The notes under the pieces: generated by a model
Told to the model about the DNA's origin: nothing
Databases searched by the model: none
Seen by the model: only the letters and a program-made list of their open reading frames with translations
Shown: positions 1-10,581 of the stretch, in pieces
Layout of the letters: every line of letters begins with the position of its first letter
How positions within the stretch are numbered: the first letter of the stretch is position 1
Assembly: GCF_049075655.1 (NCBI RefSeq)
Contig: NZ_CP157522.1
Span: 128,001-192,000 of the forward strand
Direction of reading: 5' to 3'
Source of the DNA: Methanothermococcus sp. Ax23
GTDB taxonomy: Archaea; AGJL01; Methanococci; Methanococcales; Methanococcaceae
Length of the DNA: 64,000 nucleotides
Program-made: the position numbers and the translations under genes

Positions 1-462
1 ATTTAATTCATTTAAAACCTTTTCCCCTTCTGCTTTTGTCCATCCATAGTAGTTTATGGGATTTACCTCATCATCTTCAACATAATTGCCCTTTTCCCCA
101 TCAAAAACATAATCTGTGGATATATGGCATAATGGAATATTTAGTTTTTTACATGCTTCACCGATATATCCAACAGCAAGAGCATTTGTTTTATATGCCA
201 ATTCTCTCTCAGTTTCGCATAAATCCACATTGGTAATAGCCGCAGTATTTATAACAAAATCCGGATTTATACCCATAATAGTTTCTTTTATTTTGTTTTC
301 ATTGGCAATATCCACAAAATGTTTAGTTATACCGCTATCACTATCAAAAAGCCCTTTATCGCTCCTTGTAATTACATGAACCTTAAAGCCCAAATCATCA
401 TATTTTTTAACGAGCTCATACCCTATCATACCCAAGCCAATAATTGCTATTTTTTCCCCCAC
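1..462 (-). CDS. rfbD: dTDP-4-dehydrorhamnose reductase (runs off the window start)
   Basis: Manual translation from GTG at 462 (RBS GGTGA): VGEKIAIIGLGMIG...NTAAITNVDLCE...HISTDYVFDGEKG...NYYGWTK, showing RmlD motifs; follows rfbB. Confidence 0.88.
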   Translation of the reverse strand, partial: MGEKIAIIGLGMIGYELVKKYDDLGFKVHVITRSDKGLFDSDSGITKHFVDIANENKIKETIMGINPDFVINTAAITNVDLCETERELAYKTNALAVGYIGEACKKLNIPLCHISTDYVFDGEKGNYVEDDEVNPINYYGWTKAEGEKVLNELN

Positions 463-466
463 ATTA

Positions 467-1462
467 TCACCATTTCAATTTCCAAGGAGTTGGATGGAGA
501 ACCTTATCATTAATCAGCGGTTTCCACCACCATTCATTATTGAGATACCAATTAACAGTTTCTTTTAACCCCTCTTCAAAATCATACTTTGGCTTCCAGC
601 CGAGCTCCTTCAATTTTGAAGAATCTAAACTATATCTAACATCATGACCTGGTCTATCTTCCACAAATTCTATCAAATCTGATGGTTTATGCATGAGCTC
701 CAATATCATTTTAACAATTTCAATGTTCATTTTTTCATGATTTGAAGAGATATTATAAACCTCTCTTTTTTCCCCTTTTTCTAAAACCGTTTCAATCCCA
801 CTACAATGGTCTAACACATACAGCCAATCCCTAATATTGTCTCCTTTTCCATATATTGGGATTTTTAAATCAGAGTTTGCCCTAATTATTGTTTTTGGAA
901 TTAATTTTTCTGGAAATTGATATGGGCCGTAATTATTTGTGCATCTCGTTATCTTTGCATTTAAATTATATGTTCTCGCATACCCTAAAACAAGCATATC
1001 ACCGCCTGCTTTACCTGCTGAATAAGGAGAAGATGGCATTAGCCTATCCTTTTCTGTAAATGAACCCTCTTCAATATCTCCATACACTTCATCTGTACTG
1101 ACACCAATAATATTAACATCTGGATTATACTTCCTAATGGCCTCTAAAATTGTATAAACTCCTATAATATTACTTTCTAAAAATGAATAGGGGTCGGATA
1201 TACTTCTATCCACATGAGTTTCAGCGGCAAAATTAACAACGGCATCCACATCCTTAATCAATCCAGAAACTAATTCAAAATCGTTTATATCTCCCTTAAC
1301 GAATGAATATCTTGAATTATCAATGTCTTTTAAATTTTCTAAGTTTGAACCATAACCAAGTTTATCAAGGTTTATAACCTCCCAATCCTTATGTTTGTTT
1401 AAAATATATCTTATGAAATTACTTCCAATAAATCCTGCTCCGCCTGTAACCAACATTTTCAT
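467..1462 (-). CDS. rfbB: dTDP-glucose 4,6-dehydratase
   Basis: GGAGFIG, AAETHVDRS, STDEVYG, YSAGK and DRPGHD motifs. Confidence 0.96.
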   Translation of the reverse strand: MKMLVTGGAGFIGSNFIRYILNKHKDWEVINLDKLGYGSNLENLKDIDNSRYSFVKGDINDFELVSGLIKDVDAVVNFAAETHVDRSISDPYSFLESNIIGVYTILEAIRKYNPDVNIIGVSTDEVYGDIEEGSFTEKDRLMPSSPYSAGKAGGDMLVLGYARTYNLNAKITRCTNNYGPYQFPEKLIPKTIIRANSDLKIPIYGKGDNIRDWLYVLDHCSGIETVLEKGEKREVYNISSNHEKMNIEIVKMILELMHKPSDLIEFVEDRPGHDVRYSLDSSKLKELGWKPKYDFEEGLKETVNWYLNNEWWWKPLINDKVLHPTPWKLKW

Positions 1463-1561
1463 TATTCCACCAATTTAATATTTATATATCGTTCTTTCTT
1501 CGTTTTTCTTTTTTTCTTTTTTTCTTTCGTTCTATTGGATTAGCTCGGAAAGGAGTGGGAC

Positions 1562-2434
1562 TTATTTAACGAGCTTTTCCAAATATTTTCCATAATCAGT
1601 TTTTAATAATGGCTCGGCAAGTTTTAGGAGCTCATCCTTTGTTATCCATCCATTATGATAGGCAATCTCTTCCAAACATCCAACCATCAATCCCATTCTT
1701 TTTTCCACTGCTGCAATAAAATTACTTGCTTCCAAAAAACTCTCATGGGTTCCAGCATCAAACCATGCCGTCCCCCTTGGTAAAAGTTTTACCTTTAATT
1801 TATTTCTTTTTAAATACTCATTATTTACATCAGTTATTTCCAACTCTCCTCTCCATGAAGGTTTTATATTTTTCGCAATATCAATAACATTATTATCGTA
1901 AAAGTAAAGACCGATTACTGCATAATTTGAAGGCGGATTTTTCGGTTTTTCAATTATTTCCTTTACATTTCCATTTTCATCAAATTCAACAACCCCATAT
2001 CTTTCAGGGTCTTTTACATACTGACCAAACACCACACCCCCTCCATCTTTTAGGAGCTCCTCTTTTGCATCAAGTAAAAATCCTGTCAATCCACTTCCAT
2101 ATACAATATTATCTCCAAGTATGAGACATACGCTGTCATCCCCTATAAACTCTTCCCCAATAATAAATGCCTCTGCAAGCCCTCTCGGTTCCAGCTGTTC
2201 TTTATATTGTATATTTATTCCCAAATGCCCACCATTTCCTAAAAGTTTTTTATATCTCGGCAAATCCTCAGGTGTTGTTATTATCAATATATCCTTAATT
2301 TTAGACAGCATTAAAACAGATAGTGAGTAATATATCATAGGTTTGTTATATATTGGCATCAGATGTTTATTTCCAGCATAGGTAATGGGATATAACCTAG
2401 TTCCAGAACCTCCCGCTAAAATTATACCTTTCAT
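1562..2434 (-). CDS. rfbA: glucose-1-phosphate thymidylyltransferase
   Basis: [29 protein letters not shown] and WFDAGT motifs. Confidence 0.96.
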   Translation of the reverse strand: MKGIILAGGSGTRLYPITYAGNKHLMPIYNKPMIYYSLSVLMLSKIKDILIITTPEDLPRYKKLLGNGGHLGINIQYKEQLEPRGLAEAFIIGEEFIGDDSVCLILGDNIVYGSGLTGFLLDAKEELLKDGGGVVFGQYVKDPERYGVVEFDENGNVKEIIEKPKNPPSNYAVIGLYFYDNNVIDIAKNIKPSWRGELEITDVNNEYLKRNKLKVKLLPRGTAWFDAGTHESFLEASNFIAAVEKRMGLMVGCLEEIAYHNGWITKDELLKLAEPLLKTDYGKYLEKLVK

Positions 2435-2512
2435 TATTTCACCATTTTAATATATTTAATGTAATTTATATATTACGATAAACCGCCGGGAAAGCCAACG
2501 ACTTCAGTCGTT

Positions 2513-2549
2513 ATACAAAACATAGTTTTGTAAAATCTCTTACGAGATT
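2513..2549. repeat. 37-bp double-hairpin micro-insertion in the IS left-end hairpin
   Basis: Absent from the homologous left end at about 49395-49442; hairpins TACAAAAC-ATA-GTTTTGTA and AATCTC-TTAC-GAGATT; flanked by TT. Confidence 0.8.
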
Positions 2550-2656
2550 GGATGAGAGGCGGACATTCTATATTCCACACAATCAAAAATTATATGTAAT
2601 TAAATAATATGTAATTAAATATATAAACTATATTTATAAGAACTATGGTGAATTCC

Positions 2657-3918
2657 ATGCAAGTAACCAGAGTGCTGACAATAAACCTAACAAGAAAACT
2701 AACCAATGAACAATTAATAATCATAAACCATTTAACCTATTCAGCATCAAAACTCTGGAATACATCCAACTACGAAGTAATACAGCGAAATATTAAACCA
2801 AATAAAATAGATGTTCAAATGAAGAACAACTTCTGGTTTAAAAATCTTCATTCACAGTCAGCACAGGCAGTATGTCAAAAACTTCAAATTAGACGAAAAC
2901 CTTCGGTTTTCGTTGCTCGCTTGCTACGCAAGCGATTGCATGGCAAAACTACTTCAAACAGCACACTAAAAGACCACGATACCAACCAAAAGATGGACAC
3001 TTTCCCGTAAAATGGAAGAAGCAAGGTTTCAAAATCATAGGCAATAAGTTAAGGTTATCATTATCTAAACAAACTAAAAACTATCTCAAAGAGAAGCATG
3101 GTATCAAGTCCAAGTACTTATGGGTAGATTTATCGAAAACTCTACCGCTTGATACCATGCAGGTTAAAGAAGTTGAGATAGTTCCGCAGACCATCTATGG
3201 GATAACCTACTACATACTTCACTTAATCCATAAGAAACCAGTAATTCAAGAACCTATCAAAGAAGGTAATATACTAAGTATTGATTTAGGAATTAAGAAT
3301 TTAGCAACAGTAGTAACCAATACGGGCAGTGCAGTAATCTACGATGGAAGAAGGTTAATTTCTAAATTCCGATGGTTTGCTAAAAGTAAAGGAAAAATCC
3401 AATCTACCCTAACAAAGCAAGAGTTAAAATATAATAAACGATTATCCCGCTTAACAGTAAGGGAAAAGAATTATACTAAGGATTATCTACATAAAATAAG
3501 TAAAATGATTATCGATTTTGCAGTGGATAACAAAGTTTCAAGGATTGTAATCGGCGAGTTAAACAAAGGCATTTCAAGTATTGACATTGGAGATAGGGTT
3601 AATCAGCAATTGCATAGAATACCTTTTGGTAGGTTAGTAAGTATGATAACATATAAGGCAGAGGAAAAGGGATTAACAGTAGAACAGGTTAATGAAGCTT
3701 ATACTTCTCAAACTTGCAGTAATTGTGGTGTAGTTAAAAAGAGTAATAGGAAGTATAGGGGTTTGTATGTGTGTAGTGAGTGTGGCATGGTTTTGAATGC
3801 AGACATTAACGGGGCTTTGAATATTTTAAAAAAAGTATCGCATAAGGTAGCCCTGAATCTCCTAAACGGAGATAGGGGTAGTGGGCTTGGCAACCCATGT
3901 AGGGTTAGACCCTGCTAA
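2657..3918 (+). pseudogene. tnpB: TnpB RNA-guided nuclease, frameshifted by a 47-bp insertion
   Basis: Removing 2891-2937 joins the two ORFs into one 404-aa frame (QKLQI|AWQNYFKQ..KWKKQGFK..); SIDLG, IGEL, CxxC..CxxC and NADING motifs intact. Confidence 0.92.
2891..2937. repeat. 47-bp double-hairpin micro-insertion in tnpB
   Basis: ACGAAAACC-TTC-GGTTTTCGT plus TCGCTTGC-TAC-GCAAGCGA; ATT repeated at the junctions; homologue at 49139-49189. Confidence 0.88.
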
Positions 3919-3953
3919 AGAACCCCACGACTTTAGTCGTGGGAGTAGGTCAG
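3840..3953 (+). ncRNA. putative TnpB omega/reRNA scaffold overlapping the tnpB 3' end and right end
   Basis: Known IS200/IS605 architecture; this segment is retained in the deleted copy at about 49105-49262; 5' boundary approximate. Confidence 0.55.
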
Positions 3954-4030
3954 TTAATGCTAAAATCAAAGGTTTTTTAATCACCTTGAAGGAATTTTTA
4001 ATCCTCCACTACACATAGGATGGTGCCATT

Positions 4031-4774
4031 ATGTTTCTATTCAATGAAAAAATTTCAATAAAGGAAACCAATATAACTTTAAAAACAGAGGCAGAAAAAT
4101 TTATAAAACTTGCAAAAAAAACCATTTTAAGGGAAAGAATAAATCTTGAAAATTATATTTTAAAACATCCTGAATTCCTAACAAGCTATGTCCCAGTAAG
4201 GGTTAGTGTTGATGCACCGAAAATAGTTAAGATAATGGCAAGAGCAGGAGAAAATGCAGATGTTGGACCTATGGCATCTGTTGCAGGAACCATAAGTCAG
4301 ATGGTAGTTGAAAATGCTGTAAAATATGGATGTAAAAATATAATATCGGAGAACGGTGGAGATATAGCACTAAGGGCTGAGAAAGATATTGTGGTTGGGC
4401 TATATGCTGGAACATCTTCATTATCTGGTCAGATTGGATTTAAAATAGAAAAAGAGAAAACTTCAAAAGGATATGGTGTATGCACATCTTCGGGGACTGT
4501 TGGGCATTCTGTAAGCCTTGGAAATGCTGATGCAGTTGTGGTTTTTGCAAAAGAAAGTAGTATAGCAGATGCCGCAGCCACGAGTATAGGAAACTTTGCC
4601 ACCGGAGCTCCTGATGAAGCCATTAATAAATGTTTGGAAAAGGCAGAAGATATTGATTATTTAGACGGCGTTTTTGTCGTTGTTGGAGAATATGCCGGTA
4701 AAATCGGAAAAATACCACAATTGGTTAAAACCGATAAAAAAGTTGCACTTGGAGAGTTTTTTGAGATGATATAA
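4031..4774 (+). CDS. UPF0280 / ApbE-like family protein
   Basis: VGPMASVAG, ENGGDIA, CTSSGTVGHSVSLG and ADAAAT motifs. Confidence 0.85.
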   Translation: MFLFNEKISIKETNITLKTEAEKFIKLAKKTILRERINLENYILKHPEFLTSYVPVRVSVDAPKIVKIMARAGENADVGPMASVAGTISQMVVENAVKYGCKNIISENGGDIALRAEKDIVVGLYAGTSSLSGQIGFKIEKEKTSKGYGVCTSSGTVGHSVSLGNADAVVVFAKESSIADAAATSIGNFATGAPDEAINKCLEKAEDIDYLDGVFVVVGEYAGKIGKIPQLVKTDKKVALGEFFEMI

Positions 4775-4803
4775 CAATTATTAATATAATTACAAAATGT
4801 TTT

Positions 4804-5436
4804 TTAGAATATATTTTTTTCCCGGAGCTCCCCTATTATCTCATCATGCACTTCTTCAATGGTCTTTCCAGTGGTATCTATTTGAATATATCCATATTTT
4901 GGTTCAAACAATCTTCTTTCAATGATTTCATGATATTTTTTTCTTACCTTCTCCAACATTTCCTTATTTTCAAATATTTCTTTACTTCTTCCACCCATTC
5001 TTTTAAATGATTCTTCAATATCCACATCTAAAAATATTAAAACATCGGGTTTTTTGGCAAATTTATTGATATTCATGATAAAATCCAATTCAATCCCCTG
5101 AATAGACTGATAAACCATTGAAGAATAAATATATCTATCGCAAACAATGTGGGATTTTTTTAAATTTTGTTCTATATCCACTACATGCTCCACCCTATCT
5201 GCTGCAAACAGCAGTGCAAGTGTTTCTTTTTCGCATTTCGAGCGTAGCGAGGAATGAGCAAGTCCGCAGGATTTGCGTAATTTTTTACCGCTTAATACCT
5301 TTCGTATAAGTTTTCCAATCTCTCCATTTGTAGGTTCGCAGGTGTATTTTCCCTTTATTTTTTCAGAAAGTAGTTTCGACTGGGTAGTTTTTCCGCTTCC
5401 ATCTATTCCTTCAAACACTATGAATTTATTATTCAT
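4804..5436 (-). CDS. tmk: thymidylate kinase, carrying an in-frame ~15-aa palindromic insert
   Basis: [12 protein letters not shown]-loop, LLFAADR and CDRYIYSS motifs. Confidence 0.93.
   Translation of the reverse strand: MNNKFIVFEGIDGSGKTTQSKLLSEKIKGKYTCEPTNGEIGKLIRKVLSGKKLRKSCGLAHSSLRSKCEKETLALLFAADRVEHVVDIEQNLKKSHIVCDRYIYSSMVYQSIQGIELDFIMNINKFAKKPDVLIFLDVDIEESFKRMGGRSKEIFENKEMLEKVRKKYHEIIERRLFEPKYGYIQIDTTGKTIEEVHDEIIGELREKNIF
5236..5280. repeat. 45-bp in-frame double-hairpin micro-insertion in tmk
   Basis: GC-rich; encodes [15 protein letters not shown]; hairpins GCAAGTCC-GCA-GGATTTGC and stem-GAGC-GTA-GCGA-stem on the + strand. Confidence 0.75.
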
Positions 5437-5569
5437 TTCTTCCACCAAATGCTAAATACTGCTATACACTATACTGTTTATAACTAAAAAGAGAATATAA
5501 TAAAATATATGATATAACAAATCCGCATAATAATATCCATTATAATAATACAGGTTTACAATTATAGAT

Positions 5570-7495
5570 TTATAAATTCTTTAATAATTCAATTTCTTTA
5601 TCCAAATCTGGTTTTCTTATGCTTTTTACTGAAAATTCAAGGTCTTCAAACCTTCTATCTGCTGAACCATGGAATATAAATTCTTCACCAAGTAATGCAT
5701 CCAGGAGCTCCAAATTAGCATCTTTCAATTTATCCATTGGAGTTTCAGTAATTCTTTCCACAGTTCTACCGTATAATCTGCAAGTAATGTTGCCTGTGCC
5801 ATCATCCACGGTTAATGTAGCTACTGCAACTTCCCTAGGTTCAACTTCTCCGCATTCATCACAATTATAACTACCTTCGCTTAAAACTGCTTTTTTACCA
5901 CAATTTGGGCACAAATGCAATATTAAATCCTGTTTTCTGTAATCTACAATTGCCCCTCTAATTTCAGCAGTTTCTCCTTCTTCAAGCTCTTTTATAAACT
6001 TCCTATTTACTTTTATATCTATACCTTCGGGATTGACAACAATTCTTCCAAATCTACCTATGTTTAAATCAACAAATTCCCCGCTATCCTTCACATATCC
6101 ATGAATTATTTTTACAATATCTCCCTCTTTTATGTCGAGCTCCGCATCCTTGTCCCATAACACCAATCTGATTTTTCCAGTTTCATCTTCTATCATCATG
6201 TTTCTTACTTTTCCTGTGGTTCCGTCGCCTCTTTCAAATTCATTAATATCATATATAACTGATACCCTTCCAACTGTTGTAATGTCATTTTTTGATTCTT
6301 CATCTAATTTATAAATATCATTTATTTTAATTATGTTTTCAGCGTATTCAGGAGCTCCGATGGATTCATCCTTTATTACTTTTGAATCAGATTGTGCAGA
6401 TAATGATATTATTTCATTCCCTTCAAAATCGGTGTAGGATTTAACCTTACAGTTTGTGATTTTTACGGCGTCTCCTTCTTTTATATCATTTAACGCATTG
6501 GTATTTCTTCCCCAAAATGATATTCTAACATTTCCGCTGTTGTCCATTAAATTAATTTCCTGAACATCCACCTCCCTATCATCAAATTTAACCGTTCTTG
6601 GATTTGAAATATGGGTAATTCTACCCTTTACAATTACAACATCATCCTTGTAGTTTGGGAGCTCCGATATATCCACCTCTGGAACCTCTGCAACTTCTCC
6701 TTTATTTAATATATTTATGGTATTGACATTTATATCAAGTCCTCTTAATCCTTCCTTCACATAACCTTTTACCTCAACAACGTCCCCCTTATTTACCTCA
6801 ATTTCTGCCAAATCATCCCAGAGAGTGCCCCTTATTGTTCCCGTATCATCTTTTAGTATGAAGGATTTTACCCTTCCAACTGACCCATCTTTTCTTGGGA
6901 ATTCTCTCTTATCATAGGATGCTGTAATTTCTCCCTTTATTGTGGCAGGCATATTTGGGGTGAGCTCTGAAATACTATAATATTCCTTCACTATGGGATA
7001 CTTAGATTCATCGTAATCTTCAAGTTTTTCAATGTTTAAATCAGAACCGCTGTTTAATTCGATTCTATTATTCCATTTTCTTGAAAATGCGTTTGTTATT
7101 TCAATAACATCCCCTTTTTTTAAATTATCAACCAGTTGCACCTTATCATTCCAAAGTGTTAATCTAATGGAACCTGTATTATCTGCAATAATTATGCTCC
7201 TTACTTTTCCCTTTGTTCCATCTTTTCTGCTAAATTCCTTTACGTCAGAAATATCCATAATTTTTCCAGTGACTTCTACATTTCTCTGACCTTCGGCTAT
7301 ATCTTTAATAGAAAAGCCATATTCTTCATCATCGTCATATTCTAAATCTAAGCCTAAATCACTGGCAATTATTGAAATTGCAGCTTTTTCATCCATTAAT
7401 CCAGAGTGTTCATTTATTACTTCATTAATTTTAGTTTCAAGTTCTTTTTCAGACATTTTTGTCAATATTTTTTGTTTTAATTTTTCAATATCCAT
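5570..7495 (-). CDS. rpa: replication protein A (multiple OB folds plus Zn finger)
   Basis: Repeated DxTGxIRxTLW OB-fold motifs; CPNC..CDEC. Confidence 0.93.
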   Translation of the reverse strand: MDIEKLKQKILTKMSEKELETKINEVINEHSGLMDEKAAISIIASDLGLDLEYDDDEEYGFSIKDIAEGQRNVEVTGKIMDISDVKEFSRKDGTKGKVRSIIIADNTGSIRLTLWNDKVQLVDNLKKGDVIEITNAFSRKWNNRIELNSGSDLNIEKLEDYDESKYPIVKEYYSISELTPNMPATIKGEITASYDKREFPRKDGSVGRVKSFILKDDTGTIRGTLWDDLAEIEVNKGDVVEVKGYVKEGLRGLDINVNTINILNKGEVAEVPEVDISELPNYKDDVVIVKGRITHISNPRTVKFDDREVDVQEINLMDNSGNVRISFWGRNTNALNDIKEGDAVKITNCKVKSYTDFEGNEIISLSAQSDSKVIKDESIGAPEYAENIIKINDIYKLDEESKNDITTVGRVSVIYDINEFERGDGTTGKVRNMMIEDETGKIRLVLWDKDAELDIKEGDIVKIIHGYVKDSGEFVDLNIGRFGRIVVNPEGIDIKVNRKFIKELEEGETAEIRGAIVDYRKQDLILHLCPNCGKKAVLSEGSYNCDECGEVEPREVAVATLTVDDGTGNITCRLYGRTVERITETPMDKLKDANLELLDALLGEEFIFHGSADRRFEDLEFSVKSIRKPDLDKEIELLKNL

Positions 7496-7514
7496 AATTT
7501 CACCATATTAAACG

Positions 7515-7632
7515 TAGTGAGAGATTACGAAACCTTGTTTCGTTGTTTTATTTTTTAATGCAATTTAAAATCTCTGATTTTTATTATTCTGAGTATTAGT
7601 GAGAGATTGGACAAAAATCAGAAGATTTTTGT
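7515..7632. repeat. cluster of short hairpins with a 12-bp direct repeat upstream of rpa
   Basis: TAGTGAGAGATT at 7515 and 7597; hairpins ACGAAAC-CTT-GTTTCGT, AAAATC-TCT-GATTTT and ACAAAAATC-AGAA-GATTTTTGT. Confidence 0.6.
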
Positions 7633-7964
7633 AGCACCTTTCGTGATTAAACTCTCTCTTTGAGATTTAGATTATATCGAAGATAATTAGAAAATCCCTA
7701 TTTCTTAAAATCAATATTAATAATCATTAAATAATATATACTATGAAATCATAATAAAACTATTAAATAAATTTATAAATATTGGACCTATGACTATATT
7801 AAGTTAATCATAATATTATAAAATAAAGACTATAAAATATTTTATATATGATAAAATTAATTATTTCTTAGTTTCTTAGCAGCGATAAATATAAGTAAAA
7901 AGAGATATATCATAATCCAAAATATTAATCAACAAAAATAAGTCAAAAAAAGGATAGTGAGAAA

Positions 7965-9179
7965 ATGATTCAAAAATGTATAGTATGTGGAAAAGAATAC
8001 GGCATTGATGATATGATATATACCTGCGAATGTGGAGGATTACTGGAAATTAAATATGACTACGAATCTTTAAAGGAAAATGTATCCAAAGAAAGTCTCA
8101 GAAAAAGAGAAATTGGAGTTTGGAGATATTTAGACTACCTTCCAGTAAAAGACCCAAAAAAGATAATCTCACTTCATGAGGGAGGAACTCCATTATATAA
8201 ATGTGATAACCTTGCCAAGGAGCTCGGTTTGAAGGAGCTCTATGTGAAAAATGAAGGGGCAAATCCAACAGGTAGCTTCAAAGATAGAGGAATGACCATG
8301 GGAGTTACCAGAGCAAATGAATTAGGTGTGGATGTTGTTGGATGTGCTTCTACTGGAAATACCTCTGCATCACTTGCAGCATACTCTGCAAGAGCTAACA
8401 AAAAATGTATTGTATTATTGCCAAGTGGAAATGTTGCACTTGGAAAACTTGCACAGGCAATGTTTTATGGTGCAAAAGTTATCCAAATAGGCGGAAACTT
8501 TGATGATGCTCTTTTAATGGTAAGAAAACTTGCAGAAGAAGGTAGATTATATTTATTAAACTCAGTGAATCCATTTAGATTAGAAGGTCAAAAAACCATA
8601 GGATTTGAGATTTGTGACCAGCTTGATTGGGAAGTTCCTGACAGGGTAATTCTCCCAGTAGGAAACGCAGGAAACATAAGTGCAATATGGAAAGGATTTA
8701 AAGAATTTAAGGAAACTGGTATAACTGACAAACTTCCAAAAATGACGGGTATTCAAGCGGAAGGTGCGAGCCCTATTGTTGAAGCATTTAAAAAAGGATT
8801 AAAAACCATAGTTCCAGAAGAACATCCTGAAACAATAGCAACTGCTATAAGAATAGGAAATCCTGTAAATTATCCAAAAGCACTTGATGCAATATATTCA
8901 TCAGGCGGTCTTGCAGAAAGTGTGAGCGATGAAGAGATAACAGCAGCTCAGAAACTTCTTGCAGGAAAAGAAGGAATATTTGTTGAGCCAGCATCAGCAG
9001 CATCAATAGCAGGACTTATAAAATTAATTGAAATGGATGCTATTGATAGGGATGAAAAAATCGTATGTATTACAACAGGAAATGGATTGAAAGACCCTGA
9101 CGCTGCAATAAGGGCTAGTGAAAGACCTATCGAAATTGAATGCGATATGGATATACTCCACAGCGTAATAACTGAATAA
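7965..9179 (+). CDS. thrC: threonine synthase
   Basis: NPTGSFKDRG PLP-lysine motif, ASTGNT, PVGNAGN. Confidence 0.95.
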   Translation: MIQKCIVCGKEYGIDDMIYTCECGGLLEIKYDYESLKENVSKESLRKREIGVWRYLDYLPVKDPKKIISLHEGGTPLYKCDNLAKELGLKELYVKNEGANPTGSFKDRGMTMGVTRANELGVDVVGCASTGNTSASLAAYSARANKKCIVLLPSGNVALGKLAQAMFYGAKVIQIGGNFDDALLMVRKLAEEGRLYLLNSVNPFRLEGQKTIGFEICDQLDWEVPDRVILPVGNAGNISAIWKGFKEFKETGITDKLPKMTGIQAEGASPIVEAFKKGLKTIVPEEHPETIATAIRIGNPVNYPKALDAIYSSGGLAESVSDEEITAAQKLLAGKEGIFVEPASAASIAGLIKLIEMDAIDRDEKIVCITTGNGLKDPDAAIRASERPIEIECDMDILHSVITE

Positions 9180-9233
9180 ATAATAAGAAATAGAAATTAA
9201 AAATAAATAAAATTTTAAAATGGTGGTGAAATT

Positions 9234-9740
9234 ATGGAAAAAACAATAGAAGGCAAAGCATGGGTTTTTGGGGATAATGTCGATACTGATGCTATACTTC
9301 CTGCAAGATATTTAGTATATACCACAGAAGAAGAACTAGCAAGATACGCTATGACTGGAATAGACCCAGAATTTCCAGAAAAAGCAAATAAAGGAGACAT
9401 TATCGTAGGTGGAAAAAACTTTGGTTCTGGAAGTTCAAGAGAACATGCGCCGATGGGATTAAAAGGATTAGGCATATCTTTGGTAATTGCTGAAAGTTTC
9501 GCAAGAATATTTTACAGAAATTCCATAAATATCGGGCTTCCATTATTGGAATGTAAGGAAATTACAAAACATGTTAAAGAAGGAGATATTTTAAGGGTAG
9601 ATTTAGATAAGGGAACAATAACAAACCTCACAACAGGGGAAGAATTAAAAGGTCAAAAACTTCCAGATTTCATGATGGACATTTTAAATGACGGTGGATT
9701 AATGCCTCATTTAAAAAAGAAATTATCTGCTAATGAATAA
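9234..9740 (+). CDS. leuD: isopropylmalate/citramalate isomerase small subunit
   Basis: DTDAILPARYLVY (YLVY loop of LeuD rather than the YLRT of HacB), NFGSGSSREHA. Confidence 0.85.
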   Translation: MEKTIEGKAWVFGDNVDTDAILPARYLVYTTEEELARYAMTGIDPEFPEKANKGDIIVGGKNFGSGSSREHAPMGLKGLGISLVIAESFARIFYRNSINIGLPLLECKEITKHVKEGDILRVDLDKGTITNLTTGEELKGQKLPDFMMDILNDGGLMPHLKKKLSANE

Positions 9741-9805
9741 AGAGACGTAGAAATTAATATTAGTTTTTCATCATCATTTTTTCATTTTTTTTACATGGTG
9801 ATTAT

Positions 9806-10447
9806 ATGGGCACTAAAAAAATTAAAACCTATCAAAAGCTTTTTGCTGTTGGAATATGTTCAGTTTTGTTATTTACTGTTTATTTTTACAGAGACCCAGA
9901 CCGGACTATACCTAATGGGAATAACTTATGTGTTTCCCCAGCAGATGGAAACATATTATATATAGAAGAATATAATGGACTTCCAGAAGTCTATAAGGAT
10001 GGAAATAACTATATCTTGAAGGGCATCGATAAATACTACAAAAACGGCTCCTATGTTATTGGTATATTTATGTCTCCATTTGATGTCCATGTTAATAGAG
10101 CTCCGGTTGGAGGGGAAGTAGTATATACAAAACATATAGATGGTGGATTTTATCCTGCGTTTATGGGGGATTTGTCCAAAAAAAATGAGCGAAATATAAT
10201 CATTATCAAAAATGGGAGTGATTATATCGGCGTTGTTCAGATTGCAGGCATTGTGGCAAGGAGAACAGTTTGCAATGTTAATGACGGGGATTATGTTGCC
10301 ATGGGTCAGAGAATAGGTCTTATAAAGTTAGGCTCTCAAACTGCGGTTATACTCCCAAAGGACAGATATGTTTTAAAAGTAAAGAAAAATGACAAGGTAT
10401 ATGCCGGAGAAACCATAATCGCAGAGAAAATAAATAGAAATAACTAA
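9806..10447 (+). CDS. psd: phosphatidylserine/archaetidylserine decarboxylase proenzyme
   Basis: FYRDPDR, SPADG, FMSPFDVHVNRAP and LGS cleavage motif. Confidence 0.88.
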   Translation: MGTKKIKTYQKLFAVGICSVLLFTVYFYRDPDRTIPNGNNLCVSPADGNILYIEEYNGLPEVYKDGNNYILKGIDKYYKNGSYVIGIFMSPFDVHVNRAPVGGEVVYTKHIDGGFYPAFMGDLSKKNERNIIIIKNGSDYIGVVQIAGIVARRTVCNVNDGDYVAMGQRIGLIKLGSQTAVILPKDRYVLKVKKNDKVYAGETIIAEKINRNN

Positions 10448-10581
10448 TTCTTTTTTCTTTTTTGTCGAGTGTTTATAAACCTATGTCATTAAAACATAAT
10501 ACTTAACCATTTTAGTTAATAGTTATCTTTATATATTATAATCCATCCAATAATATATTAAAGTTTTTCAAATTGGGTGGC

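Larger units (their letters stand above)
2477..3953 (+). mobile_element. IS200/IS605 family element, IS1341-type (tnpB only, no tnpA), inactivated
   Basis: Preceded by TTAC; left-end hairpin CCAACGAC-TTCA-GTCGTT..GG (interrupted); right-end hairpin CCCACGAC-TTTA-GTCGTGGG followed by AGTAGGTCAG; both ends match the copy at 49105-49442. Confidence 0.88.

Noticed and set aside
1463-1561. Pyrimidine-rich tract between rfbA and rfbB where rfbC might be expected
   Set aside because: No coding remnant recognisable; rfbC may lie elsewhere
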